Shown here in pieces: positions 38,040 through 51,910 of a DNA stretch of 64,000 nucleotides. Within the stretch, counting starts at the first letter, position 1, and each line of letters starts with the position of its first letter. The notes beneath the pieces are model-generated. The model did no database searches. It worked only from the letters and a program-made list of their open reading frames with translations, and was not told where the DNA came from. The stretch comes from Ginglymostoma cirratum (Eukaryota): contig JAHRHZ010000021.1 of the NCBI GenBank assembly GCA_024137785.1, positions 25,531,200 to 25,595,199 on the forward strand, written 5' to 3'. The position numbers and the translations under genes are program-made.

Positions 38040-40053
38040 TGTCACAGAGAAGAAAACCAGCAGAGGGTGGTTCAGAGGAGACTTAGGAAGCATTACTGCT
38101 AGATTACTCACAGCAAGTTTCAGTTAGCTATATTTCCTCTTGGTGTTTCCCTTTGGCAACCTTCTATTCCCCTCTCATTCAGGAAAAGAAACATTTCCTC
38201 ATTTCATATCCTGACAATAGGAGGCAGGTACAACAGATTTCAAAACCATCTAAGTATTGAACCATGAAGATTGAAAGCTCACACAGAAGCTGTAAAAGCA
38301 AAGTGGATGTGCTATGGTCGACTATGCTGTAAACAGCAGGAGAAAATCAATCAACCACAATGAATAAAAACTTACAGAAGTTGATGGTACTTACAAGGAT
38401 GGGGAAGAAATGAGCACTCAGAAAATCTAATGCATAATCCAATTTAACCAACAGAATCTGAGATATTTAGGATTATGGTATTAGCAAGGTATCCTCAATC
38501 ACAAGAAGGAGATCTCAAATCCTAAAGCAAATTCAAGAACACTGAAGCTTCAGACATGGTAGGTGGTGTCTCATTCATGCTGCAGAAACCAATTGTGTGT
38601 AATCATCCACAACATCAGCATGAGCTAGACATGTTTACAAACTTCAAGCCATAGAAATGGACAATGATATCTCAGATTCCATGGTCACACTATTACTGTA
38701 GAGATAGTGAAGCTTCTTCTGTCTTCATTAGTGAATGAGGTAGTAGAAGTTAGTTTTCTTGTTTCCCAGTAGTGGTCAGGCTTTTTAGACCGAAAGGAAT
38801 TTCTTCATTTGTGACCACACTTGCTTTTATTGCATCATTGTAAGTAGTTAATAAAAAGCTATTCTGAGAAAAAAGACATACTTAAGTCCTAACTGAGTAA
38901 GGTCAAAATTCAATGAGCAGAACTTGTTGATCTGCGTAAATGGTAGCGGGAGACTACAAAGGAAACTTCAGCAAGACATAGAAATACTAGGTAGTTTATT
39001 AGCCAAAGCCTATATGACCAAACTGCTGAGCTTCTAGATATGTAAAAGGCCTCGGCAAAGCTTAAAGTTGAACATCAGACGTGGATGAACATATCAAAAC
39101 TCAATAGGAATTGACACAATGTATCTGCTTCAATGAAACAACTGAACTCAAATGCAGTAATTCTCTGCAGGCCAAAAACAAAAAAGCTTGCAGAAAAGTT
39201 ACATAACTCATATACAGACAACTAGGATTCTTCATTCTTCTTTTCATCTATTAGATTCTCACACACTTGGTGCAATAGACAGATACATTTATGGGGGAAA
39301 AGAATGAGCTCTGTTGCAGAAATGTTCAGAACTCCAAGATCAAAGTGAACAATTTACTGAAGGAAACCTTTTGCTACTGTTAATGGCAATGATCTTGTTT
39401 TTTAAAGGAAATCCCTCTGTTAATGCCAGAGATCATTTGAAAAAAAATTAGAGAACGATTCTACAGAGCATAGTATGACCTAGGAATTTCCTACAGAACC
39501 TGGTTCATCACCTTATTACATTGTTGATGGTAGTGCAGTCCTACTTTCTCACGAGATGCCTGAGATATTGTTGTCTCTGTCTCAGCAACTTCAGCCCTAT
39601 GCTGCAGTAAGTGTCAAAGAGATACCACTAGCAAGAAAGAATGATTCTACTGTAGAGATAATGGAGAAATCTTCATTTCCTTGCCTCTAGGATTGCTATC
39701 AGGATGCTCTCCATTCTTCTTATCATCTGTTAGATTCAGCCTTTCATCAGAGAACAAGCAGAGGAAAAGGAGAGTAAGAAGTTCAGTTAACTCTCTTCCC
39801 TTTCAACAGATAATGATCACTTGAGTCTTAGAATGTTCTCCTTTGAATCAGTTTATCCTTGATTGGACTTCACTGCTGCTACTTTCAAGTCTTCATGAGT
39901 GTCACAGCGTGAGAACTGCCCATATTAGAAACTTACCATTTCACTTCGTCAGAATGTTTCCTTTCAAAGAAATGGCACAAAAGCACATATATCCTATTTG
40001 CTCTCTAAGAGAGCTGAGAACACATTTAGAAATTAATGCCTTAAAGAAAAAGA
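38040..40053 (+). mobile_element. Heavily decayed Gypsy-type LTR retrotransposon internal region (gag and integrase remnants)
   Basis: Fragments resembling gag (YPDN.RQ..NRFQN; QVDVLWSTM; QFNQQ) and the integrase zinc finger (CSKCQRDTTSKKE at about 39603); purine tract ttaaagaaaaaga directly before the TG of an LTR. Confidence 0.5.
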
Positions 40054-40401
40054 TGTGTGTTGGAATGAATTTGATTAGAGTTGAATGTTTGAGGTTAAAT
40101 GTTAATGGTAAAAAGGGTACCAGAAGAGAACTTGCAGCATGATGTAGATTAAAGGAAATCATACCCTTTAAGGATAGCTACTGAGCATGTGCAAAAGGAG
40201 ATATGCCTTTGTGCTGCTAGATCGCATGGAACTGGTGTCTTAAATCTGTGGGGTTCCAGTCTTTTTTTTTACAATCTTCTGCAAATGGTTATATTCAATA
40301 AAGCCTTTTGCAGTTTTTTTTTAACCATCTTCTGCAAATAGTTATATTCAATAAAGCCTTTTGCAGTTCACACACCAGAGTGTAGATCTCACAATATGAC
40401 A
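40054..40401 (+). mobile_element. 3' LTR of the decayed Gypsy element
   Basis: TGT start immediately after the PPT-like tract, AATAAA signals, ends ...atatgACA. Confidence 0.5.
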
Positions 40402-41239
40402 GTCATGCTGTTTTCTTAGTTCAATATCTATGGCATAAAAATTATTTTTGTTAAGCATGCTGGAAAAATTAATGAGAGCTTTTACATAGGAGAAATGCCA
40501 ATTGTGGCTACTTTGGAGATGAAATAAACTAACTAAATCATCTAGCAAAGCTTTTCAGTGGGCAGAATGATAGTGTATGGAACTTTAGTCCATATGGAAA
40601 TTGTCCCTCAACATATTTTTATTCAGATAGTGGTTTCTTTAGATAAAAAAAAATGTTTCTTTTGTGGTTTTAGCTTTGAATCCTTATCAATTGATTTATA
40701 AGAAGAAAACTTTATTCATTTGTCTCCTCATGACCGTCAAATTTGGTATTCCATCAAAATATGGAAGCTTTATTTTATACACATGAACTCCATAATGAAC
40801 TTGGCACTCAGTATTTAGGAAACACATGCTTACTAAAATAAACTTGCCAGTTTAACTATGATTACTCACTCATTCCAGTTGTTAGCAGCAACTAGTTTTG
40901 CTGTGGTCTTGGGCACTGTGCCAGTGGAAAAAACACTCAAAAATCAATTTTTCCCCTCAGTGGAAGTGTTCAAAGTCTAAATATGCAAATGTTCACCAAG
41001 CAGTGCAAATTTTCCACAACTTCCTCAGGGAGAACAGAGGGAGCAGTGGCTGCTAATTCTCTTCATCTGTTAAATCGAAAACATATTTTATCCACTTCAT
41101 GCATAGTTGGAACATTGTCCTACTGATAAAAGGACTGTAGTCCATAGTAATTCAATCTGGTCCCCAAGAGATAGATTTAGTCAATTGTGATAGACGCAGG
41201 ACCAACATCTATTTAGTTCATTTTCCACTGAAGTTTGTC

Positions 41240-41520
41240 AGCCATGGTTCGGTGATGGTACTCTTGGCTCTGAGTCAGAAGATTCTAAGGTACCATTCCA
41301 GAGATTTGAGCCCAAATCTGGGCTGACACTTCAATATCAATATCAAGGAAGGGCCACACTATTGAAGATACCATATTTAAAATGAGACATATATGGTGCC
41401 CATGAAAGATTCAATAGCAAAATGTTAAAAACACAGGGAGAAAATCTCCATGGAACTCCAATCAAAGTTTATCCATAAAAACAATATTATTTAAAACAAT
41501 TATCTAGTTATTGTTTCATG
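41240..41520 (+). mobile_element. Deu-domain tRNA-SINE
   Basis: gccatggttcggtgatggtactcttggctctgagtcagaag..aaatctgggctgacacttcaa..atgagac..aaagattcaatagca..aaagtttatccataaaaac..attatctagttatt. Confidence 0.65.
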
Positions 41521-43614
41521 GTAAATTAAGTTAACAACCAGCAATAATAGCATTCCAATTACTGTCAACACAATAAAAACACACTCTTATTCTGACAGTC
41601 TTTTATTTTCCTTTTCTTTCCCCTCTAATATAGCAATTCTTGTGGATGGAGCAACAAAAGTATTTACCCAACATTTCTAAAAGGCTTTATTTTCAAAGTC
41701 TTATGTCAGAATTTTATTGCAGAGCTTAGTTTCCACTGAGTGTGACATTGACCCAATGAGGGTTATTTGCTTTTAGTTACCAAGAAATAGTGTTCCTCCT
41801 TGGGGTTACAGGTTACTGCTTTTGTTCATATTAATATATTCTTTAGTAACCTTTCTTCATAAAGGGTTTGGGATGTATTCATATCTAAAGTGAGGTAAAT
41901 CATTATCATCCTCAGTTTAAGGAATGCACAGAGGCCACAGAACTGGAGGTTTTGATTCTGTGCTCAATATAACAAAGAACTGTTTGGAAAACCCCTTGAG
42001 GACTCATTTGTTGTTAGGTCCATTCCCATAATTCTGGTAGTGTGCCTTTCAAGTATCTGAGCGATTCAACTCAATGGTAATGCATCGAACAGCTACATGG
42101 AAAGCTAAGAGAAATCTACACGCTGGCCGGAACTCCAACCAGTGTAATTGTAAAATTATTTGTTCCTGCCATTTTGCTTCCAAAGGTTGAATGCACCCTC
42201 CTTTGCTCTGCCTCTCCCAAAAGAACCAAGGAGGCAGCAAATCTTGATAGTCTAATAATTACTACTCCCGCAGTCTTGGTGATCTTCCAGCTTCGAGAAA
42301 AGTGCTGGAAACCACATTTAAACATTGTAATAAGTTGACATATCACGTTTTGCAAGGTCATCTCATTTGTGGAAAGGCAACCTCTGAAGGAGGGAACCTT
42401 TCCAATGCAAGAATATTATTAGCCTTTATGTTTATTTTCTGACTACCCTTGAAAAAAATTGAGCCATTCTGTTGAGACCTCTGTAACCCATAATCCATAT
42501 TCTCAATTGATATTAATCCAGTTTTCTTTTAATGATGGCACCTACCCGCCAAATCAATTTGGAATTTATTTCCTAATTTTAGCTCAGATGGCTTTACCAT
42601 AAGACCGAAACTGCAAAGGGTTGTCTAGAAATAGAGAGTACTAAAGCTACAGTTGGGATACCTGCAGTGGAACTTGACATTTAGTTTTTCTTCAGAGTGT
42701 AATCAATACCAATTGACATCTGCAAAATAACATGAGGTAACAGTGATCTAAAGTTGACAAATTCAACTAGCCTTGGAAGAGATCCATTCTGGCTTGATCT
42801 TAAGCACCTCAGATTTAATTTTACTTTGAAAAGTGCCCCTTGATTTTTTTTAAAAAATCAGTTTCATTATTACATATCTAGAATTAAAATGAACAGAAAT
42901 AACATATGTTAAGGTGATATAGCATTGCACTGGTGTTATTTTATGAAAACGTGAAAGGAATCATGAAATGTTTTCCAGTAAAACTGATGTTGGTTACAGT
43001 TTGTATTTACTCACACAAAGGCTTACACATCCAGTATTTAAAATGGGTTGGACAGTGAACAACAGAACATGAGCAAGACTAAGTTAATTTTATAAATGAA
43101 TTGATGCTTTCGAGAGAGTTATCAGATTCAAATTGAATGAAGAGGGTTGTGGTCATACTCCAAATATGAAAATGTACTTTGTGCTGCCCACACACAAAAA
43201 TACACCCCAACATTGAATTACAGCCTTAAACTCCTGTCACTGTCTCCATTGTTTTTCATAATATCCTCTAACTATGATTCTGAATTGAAAAATATTAAAT
43301 CAATAACTCATTCCATTACAACTACTCTGCTAAGGAGACTACACAGGCTGAGAGAAGAAGGGTAATAACATTTGAAAATAGTGCCACAAAGATATTTGTG
43401 AAAGGGTATGGTAACTGACACTGACAACTGTGAAGTTGCTTAATAATGTTTTATTCCCAGAATGCTGCACTAAGATTAACGTCATTCTAAATTACTCAGA
43501 AATATGTTGTGAGTGTACAGAATATTATTTGTATATTAAAAATGGCCCACCAATTATTTGTTTTCCAGGCCAATTGAATCTTAGCAAAATTGTATCTCTA
43601 CTGTTAATGCTGAA

Positions 43615-43712
43615 TTAAAAGCAATCTATTGCAAACGCTGGAAATTTGAAATAAACACAGAAAGTGCTGGAGAAACTCAGCAGGTGCGGCAGTGTCTGCA
43701 GGGAGAGAATCT
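43615..43712 (-). mobile_element. Single Penelope terminal-repeat arm
   Basis: aaaagcaatctattgcaaacgctggaaatttgaaataaacacagaaagtgctggagaaactcagcaggtgcggcagtgtctg. Confidence 0.65.
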
Positions 43713-45949
43713 TCTTCCAAACACTGAACATTAAACCGCTGAATTCGTAGGTTATTCTCATGACTCAGAGGTCAGGATACACATTCTATGTTTTTAGAAA
43801 CATTCTAATTAAATAAGTGTGCTTACACTTTCTCAAAACTTTCATGAAGTGGTTTTGGAATCTATGTCATATTTTTACACAGATACAAATCACTTTTCTC
43901 TTTCAAACACATGCGCATGCACAAAATTAATTGTATTTTCTGTCTGTCTATTTGTTTTTTTTCAACAGCTCTTAACTATTTTTAAAATTCAAATCTGATC
44001 AAAATAGTAAGTACATTGACTTATGTACGGGCCATTTTCAAATATCCTTCAAAAATTAGGATGAATGAACCCCCACCAGGCCCACTGCAGTTTGCAATCA
44101 ACTCTAAATATGGCTCCCCAGCTTTAATGAGGTAAGGGTGGGACTTTCAAACTGCAGGGACAGGAATTCCTGCCCTCCAGAACTGCTGGCCAATCTGATT
44201 ACTAGCAGCGCTGTGGTTCCAGCAGTGACAAAACACGACAGTAGCTGCTGTTCGGACAATAAACTCTTCCACCTGCTATCATCCTCACTCAATATGTTAT
44301 ATCTGACACAGGGGTGATAGATTGAATGGCATTTTCTGTGTTGCATCATCTATTATTCTGTGCCTTACTTGAACTCCTTGGGCAAGAATGACATAACATA
44401 CCTCACAACTAATGCACAATTACATAGTTAAAATTACTTCACAATCCAAACAAGCTGCCTGTCATTTCAGAGTTGTATTTTCTAAAATTAGGTATGATCC
44501 TGACTTGACTTATGTCCACATAAAGTTGGAAGGTGAGGCAAACATGCCTTGACTTGTCATATGGTATTAATGATCTCCTTGTACACTATTGGTATTAAAC
44601 CAAAACTTCATACTTTCCAATTCTGAAATGCATTTAAAATTAAACAAAAGGAGTTGGGTAAACAAATCATTTTCTGATGTAGATGGACCACATTTTAAAT
44701 CAAATGTTGTGTAGGAACAATAAAATCCCTTTTTATGGTGAATAATTTAATTGTTCCTGTCCAATTAAGGTGACCATTAAAATCTGTTTATCAAAGATTG
44801 CATTTTAGTCTCAATGGTTTATTATGTTACTGGAGTTGGATCTCAGAAATGGAACATATTCTTGTTAACAGAACTGTGTATATGTCAAAGATTAATAGAT
44901 CTGAATTTTCAAAAACTTTCAAAACACGTCACTCCATTGCGATAATAAATTCAGTTAACAGAAATGCTATTAACAAAAGAAATCTATTACTTTCTCATAT
45001 TGGAGACATAATCAGCCTAATAAATAAAAGTCATGTGACAATTAAATAAAATGTTTGTCATTTTCCTTTGCAGATGTTATCAATGAAAAGACCTTGACTG
45101 AAACTCTGTTTTGATTAGTCATTATCCGACTTTTCTTAACCCATTCCCATCCAAAGGAGTTACAATTATATGTTCAGAAACAATGTACATCATGAATATT
45201 TCTAGAAATATTGATTTGTAATAGCAGTCAGGTGTGCTAAACTATTTGATTGGCTACGTTCTATATTCAAAAGTGAAATGTTTTTCTTTTGCATGTGTAT
45301 CACACCTCACACTTCAGCAGATAAGTCATCACACCTCCATGGCTTCCATGCAAAGTACTCCAGCTTCAGATCTTTGTTGATTTTAGAAATATATCTATTC
45401 TCTGGATATCAGCATTGCAGGGAAAGCCAGCATTGATTTTTCATTGCTAGTTGCCTTTCAGATCATGATGACAGGCCTCTATCCTCCATTGCTTCAATCC
45501 ATGTGATGAAAGCACACCCAGAATAATTGGCACATGTTGCATTTAAATAGTACTGAGATGATGTCTTGTACCGCAGTCCATCTTATTCGATGACTTCATC
45601 ATAGCACGGTCCAAAAAGTCCTCAACAACAGAACACGCAGGAAGAAAACTAGCTGTGAAGTCAGAAGAGGACTGCAGTGGCAAGATGGTTCTGGTCATTG
45701 TGATTTGACACTTCCCCAAAATCTGGCCTTCAAACCATCAGGATTGTGTGAACAGCGATGGTGGCCAAGGGTCTCTACATAAACACAATCACATGCAGGC
45801 TTCTACCAGGTTTATTTTTCAAGTCATGTGGCAGCGGAGGATTGAAGATAGGGATAGGGCTGATCAAATTATGGAGCAGGTACGAGGGGCCAAATTGCCT
45901 ACTCTGACTCCTAATTCATATATTTGTAACCAGAGAGTCTCTAGCCAAG

Positions 45950-47575
45950 AACCTTCATACAGATGACAGATCCATTAAAACCATTGGACACCAGTATCAG
46001 GATACAGCTGTCTTTGTGAAGCAGCAGCAGAAACTGAGCACTTCTCTTCAGCACCCTCTGCTCACCTCAAATGGGAAAGGTGCTAGAAAAGATGTCTAAC
46101 CATAAGCTGGCTCGCTTTTTCCTGGTGGGGAAGCCATACCCTCCATATATATCACCTTCAAGATCAAAGAAAGAAAACATTGAATTTTTCGACTTGGAAT
46201 GTTTGAACTCTCATGGATAACCTAAAAATTACCATACAGAAATAAAAACCATTATCACTGCTAATCCCTGACCATGATTCAGATGGAGATGTTAAGCAGA
46301 AGTGCTACTCTGAACTTTTTGAACTCATCGCTGCTATGTCACCAAAAGTAAAGGTTATTCTTCCAGGGACTTGAATGCCAGGGTTGGCCATGATAAAGAA
46401 ATCTGGAAGAATAATCTTTTGGAAAAATGTGGTAGGAAAAGCTGGTACAAATGGTGTCATTCTGCTTATAATGTTTGCTCAGCATGACCTTATTGTACTT
46501 AAGTATGAGCAGTACAAATACAAAACCATATGGAGGCATCCCTGATCAAAGCATTGGCACCTCTTGGATTATGTCACTATTTGAGTCAAGATCTAAGTGC
46601 ACGTAGGAGATTGACTGATCAGTGATAACATGCACTTGGCACCAAGACGCCAATACACACAAACATGCGAGAGGAAGCAGAGTAATGTCACAGTCCAATT
46701 GAAGAAAACAATTCTAAATACAGCTCACAATCAATCTAGAAAATCTTCACACATCCAACTTAATTCCAGAACTGTAATAGATTCCTATGCCCAGACCATT
46801 GATTTTAAACATTGTTGCCACCTGTTGTCACCGGGATGGTCAAAAAAAAATGATGATCTGGAACAAAAATTGAGCAGCAGAACCACCCAAAGTCACAAAA
46901 CAAGAAGTCGGCATTCCGATAGCTCAACACTGATGCTCAAAGAAAAATCCAGAAGATAAATAACATGGATGGGAAGAAAATGCCTGAGAGATCCAACAAC
47001 GTGCTGACCATCATGACTTACAAAGGCATTCTGAAGCTGTCAGGGACATCTATAGCTCATGTAAAATAGGCAACATCTCCTTTGCTCACAGAACAATATT
47101 TCTTAAGAATGATATTGCCATCTAACAATGATGAAAAGCACATTTTCATCAACACCTCAGCCATGAACCCACAGGGATGGCAGATAATGTCCAAGTTATC
47201 TTCTATTATCCTATATCCATGTGTGAACTTCCATCTGTGAAAGATCTACAACAAGATGTCAAATCAATGACAGCAATTAAGTCTACAAAGCTTGAATGTA
47301 TTTCAACTAAGATATTCAAAGCTGGTGGGCTTTGCTTATCAAGGCTCTTACAGATTTGGCAGGAACAAGAACTCGCCCAGATTTCAAGGAATTCAACAAT
47401 TGTAAATATTTTGAAGAATGCAGATAAATCATACTGTGGAAACTCTCAAGGTATTTCTCTGTTGTCCAGAACAAAGAAAATCCTGACATGCATTCTCCTG
47501 AATCACTGCTTCCTGTGGTGTAGGAAATGCTTGAAGAGACATAGTATGGCATTAAACCTTTCAGAGGAATGTCTG
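45950..47575 (+). mobile_element. Decayed RTE-clade LINE (5' region, endonuclease, start of RT)
   Basis: LNFSTWNV*TLMDN at about 46180; DLNARVG; YKYKTIWRHP*SKHWHLLDYV; ORF 47177-47680 contains CGNSQGISLLSRTKKILTCILLN (RT motif NYRGISLLS..GKILARILLN). Confidence 0.85.
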
Positions 47576-47859
47576 ACATTGGACAGAATTTACTGGGGTG
47601 CTGGGGAGGAATGGAAGGAAAGTGGGGAGCTAGCTAGCAGGTTCGGAAGAAGCCCTCCCCAAAAACATTTAGTGCTATGACTAGGATAAATTCATTCAAA
47701 GTGGGGCTTCTACCCTTCAGCGAGAGGAAATTTCATCGTATGTCGCTGTCAGACAAACTGATTGGCTAGCAGTTCCAGCCGTCCTGGCAGTGTTAGAGCT
47801 AGGTAATGGGCAATTGTCAGATCTTCTGTATGATGGTTTTTACAACCCGTCTTCCCTGG

Positions 47860-48675
47860 CGATGGTGATTATTTTAAGCTCTTCCTTCCCTTTTGCCAAT
47901 GATTTTAAAATTTTTTTTGGGAAGTTTCCTCCAATGGAGACAAATGCAACATTCCTATTTAATGCTTCTAACATTTTCCTGTTTTATGTTATTAATTTTC
48001 CAGACTCAAGAGGACAACTGCTCATTGTAGTTATTCTTTTCCTTTTCAATATTGTAGATGCTCTTATTATGTATTTTTATATTTCTAGCCAGTTTTCACT
48101 CAGACTCTTTTTTTTGTCTTTTTCAGCTGCTTCATAAAACCTGATCAATTTTCTGACCTACCAGTAGCAATTGTAGAATTGTATAGTGTTTCTTTTAATT
48201 TTATATACTTAACTTCCTCAGTTAGCCATGTTTGATGCATCTTTCTGGAAAGGTCTCTTTCTAATTGAGTTAAATCTTTGCTGAGAGTTATTAAATATAT
48301 CCTTAAAAGCTTGCCACTACATCTTTACTGTCCTACATTTCAATTTAGTTTCTGAGCTCACTTTAGCCAACTTTGCTTTCAAATACCTACAGCTCCCTTT
48401 ATTAATATTTGACCCACACTTAAGCTACACTTCTGCCCTTCAAACTAAATGTGAATTTCTATTATATTATGATCACTGCCACCTAGACGTTGCTTTATTA
48501 AGAGATTATTTATTAATTCTCACTTCACATTATCAAGTTTAGAATAGTCCTGCCCCCTGACCTCTTCTAAAATGTATTGCTTTAAGAAATTGTCCTAAAT
48601 ATATTTTATGAACTCAATTTCCAGGCTATCTTTGCTAATTTGATTTGTGCAATCTCCATAAAGACTAAAGTTGTA
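47860..48675 (-). mobile_element. Decayed CR1 ORF2 fragment (endonuclease end and linker)
   Basis: Minus strand reads DNFLKQYI ... ILNL ... LGGSDHNIIE. Confidence 0.65.
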
Positions 48676-48729
48676 TTTGATCTCTTGATTATGCAAACTG
48701 TAATAGAATATAGAGGTCAGTTTCTTGTT

Positions 48730-48935
48730 AAGGTTAGTTGGCTCAATTGGCTCGATGACTAGATTGGCTTGAGTTCGATGCCCATATTAGCTGTGGTAGC
48801 CAATGGAGACGAGGTGCCTTACCTTGTTCCATGGTTGACATGGAGTGAGGCCCATCAAGCTATGTAACTAATTGTCTCTTTCTTTAGTGGAGAGATGCTA
48901 ATGGTCCTTAGTTGGCCATGGCTAATTACAATTTC
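48730..48935 (+). mobile_element. tRNA-derived SINE with an RTE-like tail
   Basis: Head ttagttggctcaattggct with B-box-like gagttcgatgccc; tail atggtccttagttggccatggctaattaca. Confidence 0.5.
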
Positions 48936-48936
48936 T

Positions 48937-49057
48937 TAGTAGAGCAGTGCACACCAGCGCAGTGCATTTATTACAGAGCCTGCCCAAATTTATGTCCGTT
49001 AAAATTAATGGGCATAAAATTGGACAGACTGTGAAATGGGTGCACTAACCTCTACTA
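48937..49057. repeat. MITE-like imperfect palindrome
   Basis: Outer arms tagtagag..agtgca and tgcact..ctctacta; inner arms gcctgcccaaatttatgtccgttaa and ttaatgggcataaaattggacagac. Confidence 0.7.
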
Positions 49058-51294
49058 TCACTATTCTTTTATTTGTTGTTAACATGCACAGTTCTTTGCC
49101 AGGATTGCAGAAGTGAAAAATTACTCCTAATGTCCCTTAATAAAAAGTATGACTTTGGAATGTGTCAACCTGAACAGTATTTTATGTTTTTACAATGCAC
49201 ATATATCATTTTTATCGTGCTTCCATTTTAAGAGCTTTACTGTCCATTTGTGCCAGTTGTCTTCTTTTGACACAATTGAAGTAATAATAGAATGAAAGTC
49301 CATTACAGACAGGTGATCTCTCTTTGCAGATGATCTGCAAAAACAATAACAGTGCTACTAATGTTTCAATAATTAAGCATATTTTTCTGAGTACTCCCAC
49401 TTGCATGCTGGAGTACAGCAACAAATGTAAAATGATTTAGTAAAAGAAAAAATGGCATGGAGCACAATTTTGTGCCTCTTTATTTTAATTGTTTAACCCC
49501 ACCATGAATTGTATTCTTAGTGCTATCCTACAAAGAAAAAAAGATTTTAAAAATTATGAACATTATACCCATAAATTAAACGTATAACACAGAAACAACT
49601 ATAAAAATTCTAGATTTTGGAAGATAATTATATTTCTACCTTATTAATTCATTTTCAAAATCTACGCCCAAGAATTAGAAGTATAAATGACAGCTACTGC
49701 AAGCCAGTATTCGGGAATATTATTTATTACGCTCAGTAGCTGTTCTTTTCAGATCAGAATAAAATAATTTTGATTTCTTTCCCTCAACTTCCCTATTACT
49801 TCTTTTAGACAATGAATTAGGGAAGTGTGAAGTGTTTATTATGGCTGGTGAGGATAAAGAAACATCCGAATTTGCAAAGGATTGCTTTGATAAATTACAT
49901 CTCTTTGCTGTGATCTTTGATTGATACACTGAGCAATAAATAAACAATGATGATATTGGATTTTACAGTATTTTGTTGCTTAAAATTAATTTCAAAACCT
50001 AGAGTTTTTGAAGCACTTTCTTTGTGGCATCCCTTGCAGAATATAATTTATTAAACTTTTTGTAATGTTTTTAAGCATTTTACTTCTGATGGTATATTTG
50101 GTGTCTTTGGTGACCTTGTCTTTGAAACCAGAAAAAGTCTTTTCTTTTTGCTATATTTGTTTCATGCCCTCATGTGCTATGAGCCTTGAGCTGCCACCCT
50201 ACAAGTTGGCAGGCACTCCGCTGGCACAGTTCTGTCAAGAGCACATTTCATCCAGCCACTGGAACGTTTGGATGTATAGCCATGGGTTGTCTGTCATCCA
50301 GTTTTCTTTTGTCCCTGAGGGCACAAGTTGAGTATCTTGTTTGTGCAGCTGTCTCATGGCGTGGCCATGATCAGAAGTTCATGCAGTGGGAAATCATGGG
50401 CATTAATGCATGACATACTACTTTGTGGCACACTTCATTGCCCCTAATAAATAAACTGATTTTCTGCATCAATGAATTTTTTGAATGTTAAAAGTATTTA
50501 AGCAATGGTATTTTCTTATTTTTTTTCACAAATATTTGTGTTTATATTTGTTTTATATTTAAACTAGTGACTTATTTGTAAATTTTCGCTGTATTGCAGC
50601 ATGTGCTGCAACAATGTATCAGTGCTGCATTCACGGCCGTTATTCGATCAAACACTATTCCCTTAGGCAATTCAATAGCTTGATCACGAGAGCAGGGTAT
50701 CTCAATTGCAGGCATGAGTTTGAGATATTTGCCGCCAGAATTCCCAGGCAGAATAAAACTTTATCGAATGCAGACACTTTAAGGTGCACAGTATGATTAT
50801 GTCATTAAACTATTAATTACAGAGCCTGGACTAATTATCAAGTGAACAAGCTCAAATACTTGCGAGTTTGAATTCAACTTGAAGAACTATGGAAATAAAA
50901 CCTGAAATGTTAATGACTCCAATCTTAGAGAGTTGAGTCTTAGCTTGTTCTTAAAAACAATTTGATTCATTTGTCAGTACAGCTAAGAATGGGGCAATAA
51001 GTACGGCCTTTCAAAAGACACCTACATCCGAAGAATTAATGTTAAAACCTTATATTTGGAGGATTAGTTTATAGCTGTTCATCCAACATTACATTTATGT
51101 CTGCTTCTTAGTGGACCTGCTAAGGGTATACACTCTGCCAGTGTTTCAGGCTGAATCACGTTGCTTGCCACCTCAGTGTCTTATTTGATCCTAAACTGTG
51201 CATTAACATCCATACTTTCTTTATCTCAAAGACTGATCATCTCTGCCTCCATAATATTGTCCTCTTGAACCCAATCTAAAGTAAGTGCACATAG

Positions 51295-51450
51295 TGGTAA
51301 TTTGAAACAGAACCAAAAATGCTGCAAAGGTTCAGCAGTTCTACCAATGTCTGCAAAGAGAAAAAAGATAAATGAACAGCTTTCTTTTGAATAATGAACT
51401 GAAAGATCAGTGGTCAATGTTTCCTCTATTTTCTGCTTCAGTTTCTATTT
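51295..51450. mobile_element. Old Penelope terminal-repeat remnant
   Basis: ggtaatttgaaacagaaccaaaaatgctgcaaaggttcagcagttctaccaatgtctgcaaagagaaa resembles the other arms. Confidence 0.45.
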
Positions 51451-51910
51451 TTTTTCACTGTCTTTTATTCTTTTAACATCTTCGAACTTCCCTTTCTCCC
51501 CTTGTCCCAGCATTTCAAAAATTCTGCTTCTAGAAAATTGTGCTATGAATAGGACAGGAGGCAGGACAGAATGATTGAGTTTTGGAAGAGTTGATGGATT
51601 GGGTTTCCTCTTCCTGTGATTTTCTCTCTGCTTCTGACATGTACTCACTTTTGAAGGACACTGCAATCTTTTCCATCGTAAAAGGTCACATTTTTTTTTT
51701 CCCTTTTGGGAATATAAACTGAAATGGGAGTTGTACTGCTATATAGCTGAAATACCTGGTGAGTTTTGTAACTTCGAAACATCAAGTGCTTCACGTTTTT
51801 AGCTGTGCAGGTCAATGTTTCCTTTTGAAGCAGTGAGATCATTATTTTGAGATTGAGTAGCGCCAAGTGTCTTTGAGTTAAGGAAATTCAGCCTGGCAAC
51901 ACCTCTTTAG

